A DNA stretch of 64,000 bases from an uncultured delta proteobacterium (GCA_963817385.1 CAWFOM010000010.1:64001-128000); one strand, 5' to 3'; positions 1-11,920 are shown, counted from the first letter of the stretch. Translations and numbers: made by a program. The notes: a model not told the origin generated them from the letters alone.

Positions 1-2
1 GT

Positions 3-3000
3 AATGAACGGCCCCTTACAAATGATACGATAAACTGGGCGACCGAACCCTGTAGGAATAGTCTTATCGAAGGGCAACCCAATCCGGATGAATATTTCAG
101 CCTTCTTGACGTCGTATGCAGGGAGCACGACTGGAACTACTATCAGGCCGAGAAGAACGGCAATAATCGCGAAACGATTGCCGAGGCGGACAAAGAACTC
201 CTGAAGGACATTGCGGCCGTGGCTGGGGCAACCAGTTATACGTCACCCCAGGGAGTCTACAAGGCAGACGGCACATGGGACACATGGACGTTCGCAGGAA
301 CATTCGACAGTACAGAAGCATCTTATACCACCCTCCTTGTCCCTGCCTTTACCATCAAACTCGGCCTGTGGGATACACCCCTGTCGATTTTCTCTGAAGC
401 TATAGAGGCGTTCAATACTATCTGGAGTATCGTCGGCACTCCTGAGACAACCTATGCCGATCCTTCGGATCCGTCAAAGAAGATCCAAGTGACAGATTCA
501 AATGGCATTATTATATACGAAAGTGAGGAAGGTACAACAGATGTGGGCTGGTCTTTGGACCCAAGCGCCGAAAAAGCTTACAATGTCGCTACTATAGATT
601 ACGGCGAAAACAGTGCAAGAGAGGAAGACACATTTATTTCTAACAGCGGAGGACTCTTTATCATCAATGGCGGCACAGGCGATGACAAGATCACAACCGG
701 AGAAAACGAAATCAATGAAACACATTTCGAGATAGCCGGCGGTGGTGGCTATGACACGTATTATCTGACTGACGGCGACAGTTTTCTTCTTACCGACAGC
801 GGTGCAAACAGAATATATAAAGAGGACGAAAGCGGCGGATGGTTAAGTGCTGGTAATTTCTATAAGGAGGCAGCAGATGTTGCATGGCGGTCAGCCGATG
901 GGGGTGAACAGTTCTCTCAAGGCACCTCTTGGACGATAACCTTTGAAGATGAAAGCACCGTCGAACTCGGCGCGGACTTTCAATCCGGTGATTTCGGCAT
1001 CACCCTCCTCGAAATCCCCGATATTTCCACAATAACCAATATGATTGTGGGAACATCCGAGAATAATCTTTTGCAAGATACGGGCGGAAACGACCGCCTC
1101 ATGGGTTTGGAAGGCCGCGATAGGATATCTGCGGTTAATGGCGGCATGAATATTGTTGAAGGCGGTGCCGGGGCGGATATTATTGAAGCCGGACCGGGCG
1201 ATGATCAGATTTTCGGGGAAAGTTACGCTGATCGCGAAACCCTTATCGCGCAAGGCGAGACGGCCGGTGGTATCAATCAGCAGGGGGACCTGGAGGCAGG
1301 CGGCGCCGGAAACGATTTTATCTACGGAACGAACAGCAACGATCTCCTGGAAGGCGGCATGGGAAATGATCTGATTGTCGCCGGCGGCGGTGATGATGTG
1401 GTCGTCGAAGATGCGATTTTCGACGGCGCCACTGCTGATTGGTCCACCACGATTAACACCGTAATGCAAGACGACGGCTTTCCGTCATTCACATTGACCG
1501 GCAACGGAACGGGCTGGATAGTTAACCAGCCGGGTGCCGGAAACGATGTCATCTACACCGGTACGGGCAACGATTACGTCATCGCCGGTGGCGGCGATGA
1601 CGAGATTTATGCCGGAACGGACAATGACACCGTCTTTGGTGAAGGCGGGAACGATTTTATCGAAGGCGGCGCCGGAAACGATGTCTTGGGAGGCGACAAT
1701 GCCCCTGACTTTTTAGCATTTTCAGAGCATGGTAACGATTACATCGATGGGGGGGCAGGCGATGATAAAATCCGTGGCGGCGGCGGTTCCGATGAATTAT
1801 TCGGCGGCGACGGCAATGACTTAATTCATGGCGACTACAACTACCTGGAAGGCGCGGGGGATGATTACATCGACGGTGAAGCTGGTAATGACAGTCTCTA
1901 TGGCCTAGCCGGGGATGACGTCATCTTCGGCGGCGACGGAAACGATTTGCTCGATGGGGATTATGGTTCACTATACGACGGCGATGATTATCTCGACGGT
2001 GAGGCAGGTGACGACACGCTTTATGGTCAGGGCGGAAACGACATAGTCTTCGGTGGGGATGGGGTAGACCTCTTGTATGGCAATCTGGGCGATGACTACC
2101 TGGACGGCGGAGCCGGCAACGACACCCTCATAGGCGCCGAAGGCTCGGATGAGTTGTATGGAGGGGATGGCAATGACGGTTTGGCCGGGGATGCGGCGAA
2201 TGTGGACGTCAGCGCCCAGGGAGATGATTATCTCGACGGCGGCGCGGGAAACGATAGCTTAATCGGATACGCAGGCAATGACACCCTCGACGGCGGTGCG
2301 GACAACGACCACCTGTGGGGCGGCACCGGCGACGATGAATTGTACGGCAGTGAGGGCAGCGACACGATCACGGGCGACGATGGAGACGGTACGTCATCAG
2401 GCGCCGACTACCTTGATGGTGGTGCCGGCGACGACAATCTTTATGGGGAAGGCGGAAACGATACGATCTTCGGTGGCGACGGTAATGACCAGATCGACGG
2501 CGATAATGGCCTTGTCGGCGCAGGGGATGACTATATCGACGGGGAAGCGGGAGCCGACATCCTCGTCGGTGGTGCGGGCAATGACACGATCTACGGCGGA
2601 GACGATAACGACCAGATCGATGTCGGCACAGGGAATAACTACATCGATGGTGGTATCGGAGACGATATTATCGTAGCCGCGGATGGTAATGACGCAATCT
2701 ATGGGAGCGACGGAGCGGATCAGATCTGGAGTGGCGCCGGTAACGATACCCTGAGCGGCGGCGCGGGCAACGATTCGTTGACAGGTGCAACGGGCAACGA
2801 CACCTACCTCTTTGGACGGGGATCGGGCCAGGATACGATCTATGACCAGGATGCAACAGTGGGCAATATCGATACGATCCTCTTCGACAGCGACATTCTC
2901 CCAGCGGATGTCGTCATCAGGAAATCTGGCGCTCATTTGGTTATTTCCATCACCGGGACGACGGACACACTGGTGGTATATAATGGTTTTGAGGTAACGG

Positions 3001-6000
3001 GGGCCTACCAGGTCGAACAGATCCAATTTGCAGACGCGACAACCTGGGATATGGCGGCCATCAAAAATATCGCCGTCCAGGGGACGGAGGGTAATGACGT
3101 CATCTACGGGTTTAACACCCCCGACGCGATGAACGGTAATGGTGGCAACGACGTTCTCTACGGATATGACGGTAATGACACACTCGATGGTGGAGCAGGT
3201 GATGATTACTATATGAGAGGGGGAGGGGGAGACGATCTAATCTATGGTGGCATTGGAAATGATAGCCTTTACGGCGATGAGGGCAACAATTCGATGTTCG
3301 GCGGTGAAGGCGACGATCAACTATTCGCCGGTAATTCTAGCGGTAATGACATGCTTGACGGAGGACCGGGAAACGATTCGTTGATTGGCGACGGTGGGTT
3401 CGACACGCTCATCGGTGGGGATGGCAATGACGTACTGTCTGCATACGATGACCCGACAACGATGATGGGTGGCCTCGGAGATGACCAATACTCGACTACG
3501 AACAACATCGATGTCATTATTATTGAATATGCTAACGAGGGCCATGATATCGTTATTAGTATTGCAGACAACTATACCTTACCCGCCAACATAGAGGATC
3601 TCCAACTTTATACATATGGTGGTATCAACGGAACCGGCAATGATCTGGATAATATCATTACAGGTAACTATTGCGATAATTACCTATCGGGCGGAGCCGG
3701 CAACGACACTCTTGATGGCATGGATGGACAAGACACGTTGGACGGGGGCACGGGAAATGATTATCTTACCAGCACAGATTCTAACTGGTCTGAGTATTGG
3801 GGGGCTGACACCTTTATGTTCGGGCGTGGTTATGACCAGGATGTAATTTCTAATCATAACGTAGGGGCAAATCAAGATGTGGTTCTGCTCGGAAACGACA
3901 TACTGCCTTCCGATATCAGACTCACAAAGGAAGGTGATAATCTTGTTCTATCAATTATCGGAACCACAGACACGCTCACAATTGTAGATTGGTTCAGCTA
4001 CACTGCATCCCAAGTGCAACAAATACAGTTTGCCGACAGCACGGTATGGGACACGGATTATATCGAGCTAAATGCAATACCAGTAGGAACAGAAGGAAAT
4101 GATTTCTTGGTCGGCACCTCCGGTTCGGATATATTGGAAGGTCTCGGCGGCAATGATCAGCTATATGGCTTTGATGGCGATGATACCCTGAACGGAGGCA
4201 CAGGGGAAGATGGGATGTATGGCGGTTTAGGGAACGACATCTACATAGTGGATAACACATATGATTATGTGGCGGAGAACATCGACGAAGGGACGGACAC
4301 GGTGCAGAGTTCCATCACGTATACTTTGGGTGCGAACGTTGAAAACCTCACCCTGACAGGAACCTCCTCCATTAACGGTACGGGCAATACATTGGCCAAT
4401 GTGCTGACGGGCAACAGCGCTGCCAATACCCTATCCGGCGGCACGGGAGCGGATACGATGATCGGCGGTGCAGGAGACGACACATACATCGTGGATAACA
4501 CGAGCGATGTCGTTACGGAAAACGCGAACGAAGGTACTGACATGGTCCAAAGCGCTGCGACCTTCACCCTGACCAATAATGTTGAAAACCTCACCCTTGG
4601 TGGGTCGTCTGCTATAAGCGGCACCGGCAATACGTTGGATAATATCTTGATTGGAAATACGGCTGCCAATACGCTCACCGGTGGGGCAGGAAATGATACG
4701 CTTAACGGCGGCGCCGGCAGGGACACGATGAGAGGGGGTGCTGGGAACGACACGTACATCGTAGACAATACGAGCGATGTCGTTACGGAAAACGCGAGCG
4801 AAGGGACAGACACCATCCAGAGTACCGTCACCTACACATTGGGGAGCAATGTCGAAGACCTCACCCTGACAGGAGCCTCTGCCATTAACGGCACGGGCAA
4901 TACGCTGGCCAACATTCTAACGGGTAACAGCGCTGCCAATACCCTCTCCGGCGGCGCGGGAGCGGATACGATGATCGGCGGCGCTGGAAATGACACATAC
5001 ATTGTGGACAACACGGGCGATGTTGTGACGGAGAATGCCGGTGAGGGAACGGACGCGGTACAGAGTTCCGTCACCTACACACTGGGCTCAAATGTGGAAA
5101 ATCTCACTTTGACGGGAACCACAGCCATCAACGGTACGGGAAACACCCTGGACAATATCCTGACCGGAAATTCGGCGGCCAATACACTGACTGGTGACGC
5201 CGGGAACGATACGCTCAATGGGGGCGCAGGCAACGATACGATGCGCGGCGGTGCGGGCAATGACACGTATGTCGTGGCCAACACGGGCGACGTGGTGACC
5301 GAGAACGCGAGCGAAGGGACGGATACGGTCCAAAGCAGCATCACCTATACAGTGGGATCGAATGTGGAGAACCTGACACTGACGGGGACCTCCGCCATCA
5401 ACGCCACCGGAAACACCTTGGACAATGTCCTGACCGGAAATTCAGCCGCCAATACGCTGACCGGTGACGCCGGGAACGATACGCTCGACGGAGGTACAGG
5501 CAATGACACCATGCGCGGCGGTGCGGGCAATGACACGTATGTCGTGGCCAACACCGGCGACGTGGTAACAGAGAATGCGAACGAAGGAACGGATACGGTC
5601 CAAAGCAGCATCACCTATACAGTGGGATCGAATGTGGAGAACCTGACGCTGACAGGGACCTCCGCCATCAACGGTACAGGCAATACCCTCGACAATGCAT
5701 TGATCGGAAATGGGGTGGTAAATACCCTGACAGGCGACGCTGGGAACGATACCCTGGATGGCGGTGCGGGCAACGATTCCCTGGTCGGCGGTACGGGAAG
5801 CGACACCTATCTTTTCCGCCGGGCCGATGGAATGGATACGATCAGCGATTACAGCACCCAGGAGGGCGACAGCGACACGGTGAGGATGACGGATGGGATT
5901 CAGACATCCGAGCCGGTTATCGTGAAACAGGACAACGATCTTTATTTCTTCATCGATGTCAATAATTATATGAAGGTCGCCAGCCAATTCCAGAGCTCGA

Positions 6001-6188
6001 GCTACGGCGTCGAACGCCTGGAAGTAACGGATGGCCACTACATCACCCGCCAGGACATCGAGAATATCATCAACACGATGAGCAGCATCAATAATGATCC
6101 GGGTATGGACGTCATCCAGAAGTTCAACGCCATGCAGCAGGACCAGACCTATATCAGCACCCTGGCCTCGAGTTGGCATCAAGCCTAA
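3..6188 (+). CDS. Giant RTX (hemolysin-type Ca-binding repeat) T1SS substrate, 5'-truncated by the window, with an N-terminal PLA2-like motif
   Basis: Dozens of GGxGxDxLx nonapeptides and a non-repetitive C-terminal tail. The frame is open from nt 3 to the ORF-track start at 219, so the true start lies upstream of the window. Directly followed by tolC/hlyB/hlyD homologs. Confidence 0.93.
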   Translation, partial: NERPLTNDTINWATEPCRNSLIEGQPNPDEYFSLLDVVCREHDWNYYQAEKNGNNRETIAEADKELLKDIAAVAGATSYTSPQGVYKADGTWDTWTFAGTFDSTEASYTTLLVPAFTIKLGLWDTPLSIFSEAIEAFNTIWSIVGTPETTYADPSDPSKKIQVTDSNGIIIYESEEGTTDVGWSLDPSAEKAYNVATIDYGENSAREEDTFISNSGGLFIINGGTGDDKITTGENEINETHFEIAGGGGYDTYYLTDGDSFLLTDSGANRIYKEDESGGWLSAGNFYKEAADVAWRSADGGEQFSQGTSWTITFEDESTVELGADFQSGDFGITLLEIPDISTITNMIVGTSENNLLQDTGGNDRLMGLEGRDRISAVNGGMNIVEGGAGADIIEAGPGDDQIFGESYADRETLIAQGETAGGINQQGDLEAGGAGNDFIYGTNSNDLLEGGMGNDLIVAGGGDDVVVEDAIFDGATADWSTTINTVMQDDGFPSFTLTGNGTGWIVNQPGAGNDVIYTGTGNDYVIAGGGDDEIYAGTDNDTVFGEGGNDFIEGGAGNDVLGGDNAPDFLAFSEHGNDYIDGGAGDDKIRGGGGSDELFGGDGNDLIHGDYNYLEGAGDDYIDGEAGNDSLYGLAGDDVIFGGDGNDLLDGDYGSLYDGDDYLDGEAGDDTLYGQGGNDIVFGGDGVDLLYGNLGDDYLDGGAGNDTLIGAEGSDELYGGDGNDGLAGDAANVDVSAQGDDYLDGGAGNDSLIGYAGNDTLDGGADNDHLWGGTGDDELYGSEGSDTITGDDGDGTSSGADYLDGGAGDDNLYGEGGNDTIFGGDGNDQIDGDNGLVGAGDDYIDGEAGADILVGGAGNDTIYGGDDNDQIDVGTGNNYIDGGIGDDIIVAADGNDAIYGSDGADQIWSGAGNDTLSGGAGNDSLTGATGNDTYLFGRGSGQDTIYDQDATVGNIDTILFDSDILPADVVIRKSGAHLVISITGTTDTLVVYNGFEVTGAYQVEQIQFADATTWDMAAIKNIAVQGTEGNDVIYGFNTPDAMNGNGGNDVLYGYDGNDTLDGGAGDDYYMRGGGGDDLIYGGIGNDSLYGDEGNNSMFGGEGDDQLFAGNSSGNDMLDGGPGNDSLIGDGGFDTLIGGDGNDVLSAYDDPTTMMGGLGDDQYSTTNNIDVIIIEYANEGHDIVISIADNYTLPANIEDLQLYTYGGINGTGNDLDNIITGNYCDNYLSGGAGNDTLDGMDGQDTLDGGTGNDYLTSTDSNWSEYWGADTFMFGRGYDQDVISNHNVGANQDVVLLGNDILPSDIRLTKEGDNLVLSIIGTTDTLTIVDWFSYTASQVQQIQFADSTVWDTDYIELNAIPVGTEGNDFLVGTSGSDILEGLGGNDQLYGFDGDDTLNGGTGEDGMYGGLGNDIYIVDNTYDYVAENIDEGTDTVQSSITYTLGANVENLTLTGTSSINGTGNTLANVLTGNSAANTLSGGTGADTMIGGAGDDTYIVDNTSDVVTENANEGTDMVQSAATFTLTNNVENLTLGGSSAISGTGNTLDNILIGNTAANTLTGGAGNDTLNGGAGRDTMRGGAGNDTYIVDNTSDVVTENASEGTDTIQSTVTYTLGSNVEDLTLTGASAINGTGNTLANILTGNSAANTLSGGAGADTMIGGAGNDTYIVDNTGDVVTENAGEGTDAVQSSVTYTLGSNVENLTLTGTTAINGTGNTLDNILTGNSAANTLTGDAGNDTLNGGAGNDTMRGGAGNDTYVVANTGDVVTENASEGTDTVQSSITYTVGSNVENLTLTGTSAINATGNTLDNVLTGNSAANTLTGDAGNDTLDGGTGNDTMRGGAGNDTYVVANTGDVVTENANEGTDTVQSSITYTVGSNVENLTLTGTSAINGTGNTLDNALIGNGVVNTLTGDAGNDTLDGGAGNDSLVGGTGSDTYLFRRADGMDTISDYSTQEGDSDTVRMTDGIQTSEPVIVKQDNDLYFFIDVNNYMKVASQFQSSSYGVERLEVTDGHYITRQDIENIINTMSSINNDPGMDVIQKFNAMQQDQTYISTLASSWHQA
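4240..5790 (+). repeat. Intragenic tandem repeats of 243/270 bp (81/90 aa) in the RTX gene
   Basis: Equivalent '[14 protein letters not shown]' anchors at about 4315, 4558, 4828, 5071, 5341 and 5611 (spacings 243, 270, 243, 270, 270). The last units are nearly identical at DNA level. Confidence 0.9.
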
Positions 6189-6204
6189 GGCAAGTAGCCC
6201 TCAC

Positions 6205-6237
6205 CCCAATCCTCTCCCGTCAAGGGAGAGGATTGGG
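6205..6237. repeat. Perfect 14-bp palindromic hairpin (REP-like) between the RTX gene and tolC
   Basis: CCCAATCCTCTCCC-gtcaa-GGGAGAGGATTGGG, preceded by CCCTCACC. Confidence 0.7.
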
Positions 6238-6292
6238 CGGGGGTGCCTCCAATAAAGGGAAAGAGAATGATAATGCAACTGTCTGGAGATTC

Positions 6293-7696
6293 ATGATCAA
6301 ACTCCGCGTGACATCATATCGGGATGCATTCCATAGATGCCGCTGCAATCGCTTCATCACGCTGTTGGTTCTCATCTTGATACTTACGCTTGCCTCGTCC
6401 TCCTGGGCGGAGACCATTTCCTATAAAGGCGTGGTCCGGGACGCCCTGCAGCATTCCGCCCGGATTCGGGTAAAAGCGGAGGACATCCAGATCTCCGACG
6501 CCGTCTACCGCCAGAACTATGCCGGCCTGTATCCGGAAATCACCGCCGTCAGCCGCTTCGAAAAGCACGAAAACCTGGACAACCGGGGAACCGGGATCGA
6601 CACTATCAACGGGGAGGTGGTCGGCGGTGATCAGAGCGCCTGGCGGTCCAGCGCTTACCTTCTGGGGCAGTACACCTTTTCCCAGTGGTACAAAAAGCGC
6701 TACGAGATCGATTATTACGAGCGGCTGCGGGATGTTCGGGTCTACGAACTGGACATCGAGGCCAAGAAAATCATCAAGGAGATAACGGAGGTTTTCGGCG
6801 CTTTGGCCGAGGGCGGGATCAAACTACGCTATAGCGTGGACATATTGAAGCGCCTGCAAGAGGTCCTATATCTGAAGATGCAGGCCAATGCCCTTGGCCA
6901 TGCCTCTTATGAGGAGGTCCTGAAGCTGGAAGCGGACATCGCAGCTTTGGAAAAGGAAACGGGAACGATCCGGAAGGAGTTTAAGGAAAACCTTGAGCGG
7001 CTCTACAGCTATACGGGCAAGCACTATAGCGAAGGGTCCAGTATTGAGTTTCTGGCCGCTGCCGATCTGGAGCAGCGGCCAGATTATACCCGGCTCATCG
7101 AGGAAACACCTGAATACAAAGCCAAGCTAAAAGAGTTGGAGGCCATCAGATTCAAGAGCAAAGCAGTGTCGAATAACTTATTGCCCGATGTCTCTCTTTA
7201 CGGCCGGTACGATTTTTACGGCGCGAACCCGGACAGCCTGGACAGCGCTGTCCGGGATTTCCGGCAGACGGCCTACTCGGTGGGCGTCATGATCAGTCTT
7301 CCTCTTTTCGACGGCGGCGTGAGAGAGTGGGACCGAAAGCGAAACCTCCTGGAGATCAGAAAGCAGGACGAAACCATCAAGGCGCTTGCGGAGGAGAAAA
7401 GCCGGGATATCCGGACGCTTCACGCGGGCTACCATGAGCTTCAAAAATCCTTTGTCCATTACCGGAAACTGGCCGAGCAGTATGGGAAGATGCTCGATAT
7501 CACGAGGAAGGCCCAGGGCCTCGGAGAAAGAAGCCTTATGGACATCAGGGAGCTGGAGAAAGACGCTCTTACAGTGGAGCGGGACTGGAAGGCGACGGAG
7601 CAAACCCTGGCCGTCTATGAGAGGCGGATCATGCTGGAAACGGATTATACAAAATTTATAAGTGAGCACAATGGAGACTGGTCTTATCAGCATTGA
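6293..7696 (+). CDS. TolC-family outer membrane efflux protein
   Basis: Hydrophobic signal peptide, OEP-like motifs (LLPDVSL, GVMISLPLFDGG) and position in the T1SS operon. ATG 6293 has GGAG upstream; the ORF track starts at 6173. Confidence 0.85.
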   Translation: MIKLRVTSYRDAFHRCRCNRFITLLVLILILTLASSSWAETISYKGVVRDALQHSARIRVKAEDIQISDAVYRQNYAGLYPEITAVSRFEKHENLDNRGTGIDTINGEVVGGDQSAWRSSAYLLGQYTFSQWYKKRYEIDYYERLRDVRVYELDIEAKKIIKEITEVFGALAEGGIKLRYSVDILKRLQEVLYLKMQANALGHASYEEVLKLEADIAALEKETGTIRKEFKENLERLYSYTGKHYSEGSSIEFLAAADLEQRPDYTRLIEETPEYKAKLKELEAIRFKSKAVSNNLLPDVSLYGRYDFYGANPDSLDSAVRDFRQTAYSVGVMISLPLFDGGVREWDRKRNLLEIRKQDETIKALAEEKSRDIRTLHAGYHELQKSFVHYRKLAEQYGKMLDITRKAQGLGERSLMDIRELEKDALTVERDWKATEQTLAVYERRIMLETDYTKFISEHNGDWSYQH

Positions 7697-9770
7697 GGTG
7701 GTGTCGAAAATCCACGCGGTAAACATCGACATCCAGGCGGTCAGACGCCGCTATTTTGTCGAGGGCGAACTGCGGCCGGAGGAACTCCTCAGGATTCTTA
7801 GGGACCACGGCATGCGCTCGCGCCGGAAAACGCTCAAGACATTGGATGAGCTTTTCAAGTACCCCGCGCCATCAATTATTACGGACAAAGAAGGCAACTA
7901 CCATGTACTGGTCGGCAGGAAGGATGAGAAGATATTTATCTTCAACTGTGCCGAAAAGAAGATGACCGAGATGACGGCGGAGGACTTCCAAGTCTTCTGG
8001 AGCGGTCAGACCGTTGCCGTCTATCCCCGCTTCACGAAGACGGAATTCTTCTTGAACATCCGCTGGCTCTTCAAGGAGTTCTTCAAACACCGTCCAGTTT
8101 TTTCGGCGGTCATCCTGTCGTCCTTCTTCATCCAGCTCTTCGGCTTGGTGACGCCCCTGTTCATCCAGGTCATCATCGACAAGGTCCTGGCCCATCACGC
8201 CCTGACGACGCTGGCGGTTGTCGCCGGGGCGTTCATGGTCGTGCTCCTGTTCGACACGGTCCTGAACCTCATGCGCAACTACCTCCTTTACCACACGGCG
8301 AACAAGATCGACGCCAGCCTGGGGGCGAAGGTCTACCGGCACCTGCTCTCCCTGCCATTTCGCTACTTCGAGACCCGCAAGGTGGGGAACATCATCGCCC
8401 GGGTCCGGGAGCTTGAGAATCTCCGGCAATTCATGACCAACATCTCCCTGACGGTCCTCCTCGACACGATCTTCTCTCTGATCTTTGTCGTCATCATGGC
8501 CGTCTACAGCGTCTCCCTGACGCTCATCGTCCTCATGTTCGTCACGGTGATCGCCCTGATCTCTTTTATTGCCACACCCATGATCAAGGTCAGGCTCAAT
8601 GAGAAGTTTCAGAAAGGCGCCGCCGCCCAGTCCTTTCTTGTCGAGTCGATCACGGGGGTGCAGACTGTCAAGTCCCTGGCCATCGAGGGCAAGATGATCA
8701 AGGACTGGGAGAACAACCTCGGCGACTACATCCTCTCGGCCTTTAAGCTCTCCAATGTGGGGAACGTGGCAGTTTCGTCATCGCAGATGTTCCAGAAGAT
8801 GATGACCTTGGCCGTCATCTACTTCGGCGTGAGCCTGGTCTTTGACGGCCGGTTGAGCGTGGGCCAGCTCATCGCCTTCCAGATGTTTGCCTCCCAGTTG
8901 AGCGGCCCCATCCTGCGGCTGGTCCACATGTGGCAGGATTTCCAGCAGGCGAAGCTCTCCCTGGATCGGATCGGGGATATCATCAATACCCCGCCGGAAG
9001 TCGTTGGCGGTGCCATTACGGTGGAGCGGCTGAAGGGTGAGATCATGGCCAATGATCTCTCCTTCCGGTACTCCCCTGAAGCGCCCCTGGTTCTCGACCA
9101 TGTCGGCTTTGCCATCCAGCCCGGCATGATGGTGGGCATTGTGGGGCGAAGCGGCTCCGGGAAGAGCACAATCGCCAAGCTGATTCAGCGTCTCTACCTG
9201 CCCGTGGAGGGGTCGATCCTGATCGACGGCGTCGATATCCGCCATCTGGATCCTCTTTTTCTCCGGTACCGGACGGGCATCGTCTTGCAGGAATGCTTCC
9301 TATTCAGCGGGACGATCCGGGAAAACATTGCCATGGCGGCTCCCGATGCCAACATGGAACGAATCATGGGCGTAGCCCGTATCGCCGGTGCCCACGACTT
9401 CATCTCCGAGATGCCCCTGGGATACGATACCCATGTGGAGGAACGGGGTTCGTCGCTTTCGGGCGGCCAGAAACAGCGGATCGCCATCGCACGGGCCCTC
9501 ATCACCAATCCCAACATCCTGATTTTCGACGAGGCCACGAGCGCCCTGGACTATGAATCGGAGCGGGTGATTCAACAGAACCTGAATCTGATCCGAAAGG
9601 GGAGGACGGTGATCTTCATCGCCCACCGCCTTTCCGTCATGCGGGACTGCGACTTGGTGATCGTCCTGGACAAGGGGAAGGTCGTCGAACAGGGGACCCA
9701 CCAATCCTTGATGAAAGATGATGGCCTTTATGCCTATCTCTACAAGCAGCAGGAGGCTAACCGCCTGTGA
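7671..9770 (+). CDS. Type I secretion ABC transporter, HlyB family, with a C39-like domain
   Basis: N-terminal C39-like domain lacking the catalytic Cys, a TM domain, Walker A GRSGSGKST, LSGGQ signature and DEATSALD. Confidence 0.95.
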   Translation: METGLISIEVVSKIHAVNIDIQAVRRRYFVEGELRPEELLRILRDHGMRSRRKTLKTLDELFKYPAPSIITDKEGNYHVLVGRKDEKIFIFNCAEKKMTEMTAEDFQVFWSGQTVAVYPRFTKTEFFLNIRWLFKEFFKHRPVFSAVILSSFFIQLFGLVTPLFIQVIIDKVLAHHALTTLAVVAGAFMVVLLFDTVLNLMRNYLLYHTANKIDASLGAKVYRHLLSLPFRYFETRKVGNIIARVRELENLRQFMTNISLTVLLDTIFSLIFVVIMAVYSVSLTLIVLMFVTVIALISFIATPMIKVRLNEKFQKGAAAQSFLVESITGVQTVKSLAIEGKMIKDWENNLGDYILSAFKLSNVGNVAVSSSQMFQKMMTLAVIYFGVSLVFDGRLSVGQLIAFQMFASQLSGPILRLVHMWQDFQQAKLSLDRIGDIINTPPEVVGGAITVERLKGEIMANDLSFRYSPEAPLVLDHVGFAIQPGMMVGIVGRSGSGKSTIAKLIQRLYLPVEGSILIDGVDIRHLDPLFLRYRTGIVLQECFLFSGTIRENIAMAAPDANMERIMGVARIAGAHDFISEMPLGYDTHVEERGSSLSGGQKQRIAIARALITNPNILIFDEATSALDYESERVIQQNLNLIRKGRTVIFIAHRLSVMRDCDLVIVLDKGKVVEQGTHQSLMKDDGLYAYLYKQQEANRL

Positions 9771-11125
9771 AACTTAGCCCCGATTATCATGATTTCAAAC
9801 CGATTCTCACGGAGATCGAGGAGCGCCCGCCCAACCCCCTGGGTACGCTTTTCCTCTGGACGATCATCTCCCTCATGCTGGTCGCCTTGCTTGGTCTCTT
9901 CCTGGTGAAGGTCGATGTCGTCGTTACGGCCCGGGGGAAGATCATTCCCCTGGATGACGTCAAGGTGGTGCAGCCCCTGGAGACAGGTGTGGTGACGAAT
10001 ATCCATGTCCGGGAGGGCGATTATGTGAAAAAGGGTGCCATTCTCTTGGAGATCGATCCGTCCATCGACAAGGCAGACCTGGAGGGGAAGGAGAGGAATC
10101 TCCAGAATTCACGCGTCTCCATGGAGCGCGTCAATGCGGTGCTTGGGACAGGAGAGTTCTCTCCATCCGGGAGAAGTGTTCCGCAGGACGTCATGAAGAC
10201 CCAGACCGCCCATTTTCACGCCCAGAAAAACCTATACGATTCGACCCTCAAGGAGAAGGAGAAGGAGTACAAGGAGGCCCAAAGCGCTCTGAATTCTTTC
10301 ACGGAAGAGATCAGAAGCCTGGGTGGAGTTCTCAGCCATACGCAGGAGGATGAGCGGCGTCAGAAGGCGCTGGCGGAAATCGGCGCCCTGGCGGAGAACC
10401 GCTACCGGGAGAAGATGAAGGAGCGGATGAACCTGGAAAAAGAGTTGGAGGTCAAGATCAGCCAGGCTCAGCAGGCAGAAACGAAACTCGAACGGATAAA
10501 AGATGAGATCGAGACCTTCAAACACAGCTTCCAAGACAAGCTCCTGTCGGAATTTACGACCAATCTGCAGAGCAAAAACAGCCTGGAGGCCGAGGTGGAG
10601 AGCATCAAGTTCAAGCAAGGGAAGAAATTCATTGTCTCACCCGTGGACGGTTATATCCATCTGTTACCCGTGAAGACGATCGGCGGCGTGATCACGACGG
10701 CCCAGCCCGTCGCGACCATCGTGCCGGAGAATGCGCCTCTGGTAGTTAACGCTGTCGTCTTCAACAAGGATATCGGCTTTGTGAAGGAAGGCCAGAAGTG
10801 TGTCATCAAGGTCGACACCTTCGACTTTCAGAAGTACGGCGCCATCGACGGCCTGGTAGAGGTTATCAACCCCTTCAACATGGAAGAGAAGGAGGGCGCC
10901 GGAAAAGAGAAGGAAAAAGAAAGCGAGCCGGGGGCGGCCTCGGGAGGATACCCGGTGCGCCTGAAGATGCTTGCGGACCACCTGAAAACCAAGGATGGGA
11001 ATGTCTACCAGATGAAGCCGGGCATGACCGTCACCGCTGAGATCAACGTTGGCAAAAGACGGGTGATCGAATTTTTCCTGTTCCCGGTCATCCGCTACCT
11101 CGATGAGGGGTTAAAGGTGAGATAA
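9767..11125 (+). CDS. HlyD-family type I secretion periplasmic adaptor
   Basis: Single TM helix, VKVVQPLETGVV, coiled coil and C-terminal PGMTVTAEINVGKRRVIEFFL. GTGA overlap with the ABC gene. Confidence 0.95.
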   Translation: MKLSPDYHDFKPILTEIEERPPNPLGTLFLWTIISLMLVALLGLFLVKVDVVVTARGKIIPLDDVKVVQPLETGVVTNIHVREGDYVKKGAILLEIDPSIDKADLEGKERNLQNSRVSMERVNAVLGTGEFSPSGRSVPQDVMKTQTAHFHAQKNLYDSTLKEKEKEYKEAQSALNSFTEEIRSLGGVLSHTQEDERRQKALAEIGALAENRYREKMKERMNLEKELEVKISQAQQAETKLERIKDEIETFKHSFQDKLLSEFTTNLQSKNSLEAEVESIKFKQGKKFIVSPVDGYIHLLPVKTIGGVITTAQPVATIVPENAPLVVNAVVFNKDIGFVKEGQKCVIKVDTFDFQKYGAIDGLVEVINPFNMEEKEGAGKEKEKESEPGAASGGYPVRLKMLADHLKTKDGNVYQMKPGMTVTAEINVGKRRVIEFFLFPVIRYLDEGLKVR

Positions 11126-11188
11126 AGAATCCGGCGGGAATGTGACCCGGGCGACCCGGACGCTGGGATCGAGATTGCAAGAGATCCG

Positions 11189-11920
11189 TCACGGGTGATC
11201 GAAGAGATAGCCGATGGAGCGGAGGCTCCTGAAATAGACGGGATTCTGCGGGTCATCCTCGAAATATTTTCTCAATCGAACGATGAAGTTGTCTACCGTT
11301 CGGGTGGTAGTCACGCCTGAGTAACCCCATCCCACCTCCAGGAGAAGCTTGCGCGACAAGGGCTTCCCCTTGTTGGCGATAAAGATCCGCAGGAGCCGCA
11401 CCTCCTGCTCGGTGAGCTGGATTGTTCCCTGTCTGCACTCCGCCGTCATCGTCGTAAAGTCGATCGTATTGCCGCCGAAGAGGTATCTCTTCTCCGCTGT
11501 CGCATCTTCCGCTCCTCCGGGCGGGGAGGGCGCATGACTCCAGGAGAGTCTGGTCAGGAGGCGATCGATCCTGAGAAGGAACTCTTCGAGATTGAAGGGC
11601 TTGGCGAGGTAGTCATCGACGCCGTAGGAAAAGCCTTTGATCCTGTCATCGGGCGCGCCTTTTGCGGAAAGGATCAGTACGGGGAGCCGTTCGTCTTCCA
11701 GACGGATATGGCGAAGAACGGACAGGCCGTCGAGGCCGGGTAACATGATATCCAGGACGATCAGGTGCGGATTCCACTCTTTCCACATCCGGAGTCCGTC
11801 GGTTCCGCTCCCGGCGATGGCCGTCTCATAACCTTGCAGAGAAAGGTTCAGCTTAATCCCTTCGGCAATGTGCGCATCATCCTCGATGATGAGGATTCGC
11901 GTTTTCTGCGTCTGTTTCAT
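11189..11920 (-). CDS. OmpR/PhoB-family response regulator
   Basis: Receiver domain (IIEDD, LDIMLP, AKPF) and winged helix (TRTVDNFIVRLRKYFE). Confidence 0.95.
   Translation of the reverse strand: MKQTQKTRILIIEDDAHIAEGIKLNLSLQGYETAIAGSGTDGLRMWKEWNPHLIVLDIMLPGLDGLSVLRHIRLEDERLPVLILSAKGAPDDRIKGFSYGVDDYLAKPFNLEEFLLRIDRLLTRLSWSHAPSPPGGAEDATAEKRYLFGGNTIDFTTMTAECRQGTIQLTEQEVRLLRIFIANKGKPLSRKLLLEVGWGYSGVTTTRTVDNFIVRLRKYFEDDPQNPVYFRSLRSIGYLFDHP

Noticed and set aside
4240..5790. CRISPR-like array
   Set aside because: The repeats are in-frame coding units with no unique spacers and no cas genes.
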